A stretch of 63,794 nucleotides of DNA, counting the filler, from Asterionella formosa (taxonomy: Eukaryota): the NCBI GenBank assembly GCA_002256025.1. It is 15 parts of 15 records of this genome, joined end to end, with 100 filler letters (N's around TTAATTAATTAA, not from the genome) between each part and the next. Parts side by side here need not be neighbours in the genome. Positions count along the whole stretch, not along the records: positions 59,503 to 60,867 come from NKIB01002817.1; positions 60,968 to 62,331 come from NKIB01002819.1; positions 62,432 to 63,794 come from NKIB01002820.1; 12 more parts are not named here. One strand, written 5' to 3'. Positions 59,930 to 63,794 of the stretch are shown here, piece after piece; within the stretch, counting starts at the first letter, position 1; the number at the start of each line of letters is the position of its first letter. The notes beneath the pieces are model-generated. The model had not been told where the DNA came from. It made no database searches and worked only from the letters and a program-made list of their open reading frames with translations. The position numbers and the translations under genes were made by a program.

Positions 59930-60510
59930 AACAAGGAAAGACGACACAACAATTAACGTGATGGCTGGTTGTTGAGGATACCGGTATGTGATATGCATCA
60001 ATCCATATCACAAATCATATTATAGTGATGTACATATCAACACATCCGTATACTTAGATCCTATCCAATGTATAATACTATCATATTAACTGTTGACTTT
60101 AATTGTATACATGAAACGACAAACATATATATTAATTAACATACTTTATGATTGCTTGATTTGTATTCTGTGATGTATCGATAACACTTGCGTACATATT
60201 TTATTGTATTTTATTGTCATGGTACTATTTTAACATGATCATATTTTGATCAAAATTATATCATAAACATTTTATAAAATCATCATAGTTTTATGATCAA
60301 TGTATCATAGCTCTGTGATGTACTTTATTCAATATTACGTATCATACTTTGGTGATGTATGCATCGATGTAACCTTATCATGATATCACAGTATCATCTT
60401 ATCAATCATGATGAGATGATTGGGAAGCAACTGTATTCTGCATCGTGCTACAGGGTATATTATTATATCTCGCAATTTAGTAGCGAAGTCGCTTCGCCTG
60501 TAATGTACTA

Positions 60511-60867
60511 AAGTCGACAGTGCACATACCGGGTACCGGTACTCAAACGCTAATCAGGTTTGAGGCAACGGACAGTTGTTCGAACGAGCGAATGATGATA
60601 CGGTACCAAATTTTCCAACGAAAGAACTTGTCTCTCTATTGATGAGGATGACACGGACACAGACACCGACTTTTACAGGAGCAAACAACAATGAAGAGAC
60701 CCACTTGTCGCTCTATTGATGGTAAAAAAGATGCGGACATGTTCAACAGTGAATACAAGAACAACATACCATTGAAAACAAGTCGACAGTGTGTGCACGC
60801 ACACGCCAAGCAAGTTTGAGGCAACGGACCATTCCAACAAGCAAATGACGATACAGATATCAAATTC
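60511..60867. repeat. Two diverged copies of a ~90-100-bp unit (60511-60612, 60780-60867)
   Basis: AAGTCGACAGTG...GTTTGAGGCAACGGAC...AATGA(T/C)GATAC is present in both. Confidence 0.8.
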
Positions 60868-61639
60868 NNNNNNNNNNNNNNNNNNNNNNNNNNNNNNNNN
60901 NNNNNNNNNNNTTAATTAATTAANNNNNNNNNNNNNNNNNNNNNNNNNNNNNNNNNNNNNNNNNNNNTACACTCATGAGTTATCCTGATTGTAATTTTCC
61001 TTTCCATATTTTTACTAATGTTTCTGATTTTCAATTAAGAAACTTTCAAAGAATTTCGCTCTATGTCATTGAATGCGGTTCTGCATTTTCACACTGAACA
61101 TCATATTTTTATCTTTATTACCCTACACAGAAACTCAGCGTGTTCTCCGGTGGAGGATTTATATTGAAGAATATCTTCTCACTTTTCACAATATGAAGGG
61201 TACTGATAATGTGAAATATTACAGATTCTATCTCTCGCCTCCCGAGGCTTGAGTCTTTGGTGGGGGATGATATTGGACCGAAATCTTCAGCATCAACATC
61301 CATTTCTACTTTCTCAATTGAAGTAGATGATGAACCTTTGTTTACCTGTTCCCTCAATCATCCAATTTTGGCAGACAATATTCAATATCCTCTGGAATAT
61401 TACTCCATACATGATAGACAATTGCTGGATATACAATTGATTCTCAATCAAACAACTCATCTCATTCTCAATCAACAAACCAAACACATCTGTTAAAATT
61501 TCCCTCTATCAATTTTCATCATATACATTTAATGTATTTTGTGAAGAATCCAGGAGATACTTGACGTATTGTTATTCCTACATCACTATCGAATCCTATT
61601 ATTTATTGGTATCATCAGATGTTAGCTCATGTGGGTATG

Positions 61640-62331
61640 ACAAGATGAAATGCCACAGTTTCTACACATTTTATTATCCTCCATTAAAAGCAAGAGTGGA
61701 ACATATTGCAAGCATATATGAAACATGTCAAAACGTACAAAATTACCTGATGCTTGGTTTTGGTGAACTTCCACCAAGGAATGCATTGTTATTACAATGC
61801 TCAGAAGTCACAGTGGATTTCATTGGTCCATGGAAGATAACATTGACTGCACAAGCGATTGAATTTCATGCTCCAACTTGAGTTAACACAGTCACCAATT
61901 TACCAGAAATTTCACATATCAATAATAAGACATCAGAATATATTGCGATGAAATTTAAAAATGATTGGTTGGACGGATATCTCCGTCCAGAAGGTTGTAT
62001 ACATGACAATGGAGGTCAATTTACTGGTATTCCTTTCATACACATTAAAAGCCTATGTACAAGTCATGTTAAAGGCTCATCCTCCAATCAAGGAATTTCA
62101 AGTTCAGAATATTGTGGATACCAGTTTGCTGCATCATATGCAGCTCGAGCTACTATTTATAGTACATTGTGTATTTTCACCAGGAACATGGGTTTTCCAA
62201 CATGATTTGATTACAGATATGTAATTGATATTGGGATATCAATGTCGATAAGTGATAATTGACAAATGACTACGTCGTGATAATTTCCGTCGTCGTTCTT
62301 GCGATTACAAGGTTGTTGATGAGGTTTTAAT
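61640..62331 (+). mobile_element. Degenerate Ty3/Gypsy integrase
   Basis: GFGELPPRNA...VTVDFIGPWKI, TVTNLPEI, AMKFKNDWL..Y.RPEGCIHDNGGQFTG; stops and deletions present. Confidence 0.85.
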
Positions 62332-62431
62332 NNNNNNNNNNNNNNNNNNNNNNNNNNNNNNNNNNNNNNNNNNNNTTAATTAATTAANNNNNNNNNNNNN
62401 NNNNNNNNNNNNNNNNNNNNNNNNNNNNNNN

Positions 62432-63794
62432 ATATCAGTGCCCTGATTGGCTATGGTATGGGAAACAACCTACAATCTATGAACACTTGATCCAATTTGG
62501 ACGAATTGGATATGTCACCATAAGAACTCCTGTGAATAAGCTTGATGATAAAGCAATAAAATGTGTCATGATTGGATACTCTGAAAACCACTCAGGTGAT
62601 ACCTACCGACTCTTTAACCCTATAACCAAGAAGGTGATTCAGAGCCGTGATGTAAAATGGATTGAATGGCACGGAGAAACGAAACCTACTAATGATATGA
62701 CCATGTTCAAGACTGGGATTGATGAAATTGAGTTTGAGGAGGAACTTGACCAATCTGTTGCGCCAACTCCGACTGTCATCCCAGATGATGAGACTGGATC
62801 ACTTTCGACTCTTAATGACTTGCAGGTCTCTGAAGTAGGGAGGAATGAAGCTTCAAATACTTCAAAACCTGCTATTACAAGAGCTGAACGAGAGCTCAAG
62901 AAACTTGGTCATGAAACTGCTCCAATGATGTTTACACTACGTTCTGGAAGATTGCATACTATTGTAGATGATGATGATGATCTGGATTCTAAGCCTACTT
63001 CATCCATGGAGGTTCATAACATCTACAGCTCTACACTTGCATCAGATCCAGGTGAACCCAAGACCTACAGTGCGGCACTGAAAGCAGATGACAGAGAAAA
63101 ATGGATTGTGGTACAAGAAACTTGTGGAGCGTCTGATTCTCATTGGAATGAAACAGAGCAAAGTGGATCCATGCATTTTCTTCTTGAAACGTGATTTGAA
63201 ATTGGTTCTAATTGTTTGTATCTATGTTGATGACTGCATTGTTGCAGGAGAACAAGCCGATGTTGACTGGCTTAAGGCTGAAGCCAAGAAGCATTTCACC
63301 ATAAAGGAACTCAGACCAATCAAGAAACATTTAGGAGTTTGGTATGACTTGGGAGAGGATGCTGATGGAAGATTTCTTGAATCTACTATGGAGGATTTCG
63401 TTGAAGGAATGTTTGAAGACTATAAGAATCTCTTTCGACATTATCCCGCAATTGCACCAACTCCCAGATTGCCAGGTACAAGTTTGTCCAAGAATGATGC
63501 CCACACTGTTCTACATAGTGAATACAGATCCATGGTTGGAAAAATCTTATACTTTGTAAAGAAGATATCTCCAATTTGTGCCAATGCATGTCGAGAATTG
63601 TCTCAGCATCTGGAGAATCCAGGAGAGGCTCATTGGAAGGCAGTTCAACGTCTGTTGGGATTCTTATATGCAGACAACAAACATCGACGTATGAAGATGC
63701 GAACCCCTAAAGAAATGCGCCCTATGGATGTTGTTGACAGTGCATTTGCAATTAACCCTGATACTCGCAAAAGTACAAGTGCATATCTCGGAAC
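62432..63794 (+). mobile_element. Ty1/Copia pol fragment (integrase C-terminal SH3-like region, RT, start of RNase H) with an internal RT deletion
   Basis: KLDDKAIKCVMIGYS...YRLFNP...SRDVKW, EPKTYSAAL. A second frame from 63109 reads WYKKL...DPCIF...IYVDD...YRSMVGKILY...HWKAVQRLL...DSAFA.NPDTRKSTS, open to the end. Confidence 0.95.

Overview
Eukaryotic nuclear DNA, most likely a diatom or related photosynthetic stramenopile. Evidence: short GT-AG introns, a bipartite plastid-targeting presequence on riboflavin synthase, a PGRL1 fragment and diatom-type TEs. The window is not one contiguous locus. It is a concatenation of two ~22.3-kb pieces (1-22323, 22424-44743) and thirteen ~1.36-kb contigs in almost perfect length order, joined by artificial N44-TTAATTAATTAA-N44 linkers. 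The large pieces carry eleven recognisable host genes: flavin-reductase-like, PhoD with an internal transmembrane hairpin, TRIP4/ASC-1, VOC/methylmalonyl-CoA epimerase-like, granulin-like alpha/beta hydrolase, Ldh_2 dehydrogenase, SDHAF3, TopBP1-like, WW-Sec16, BEACH and riboflavin synthase. Decayed pogo and non-LTR elements lie among them. The small contigs are mostly TE debris (Copia, Gypsy, Crypton-like, Plavaka-like, mariner, pogo) and gene fragments. Two unannotated signals stand out. (1) Upstream regions are tiled with TA-flanked C...G micro-palindromes (TA-CCGG-TA, TA-CCAGG-TA, TA-CCTGG-TA, TA-CTCCGAG-TA). Paired repeat copies show these are indels at TA sites, and the first three cores match the CCAG...CTGG ends of a local MITE, suggesting massed transposon excision scars. 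(2) Both ends of a Ngaro/PAT-type tyrosine-recombinase retrotransposon with split direct repeats (A1...B1-A2-B2) are present.
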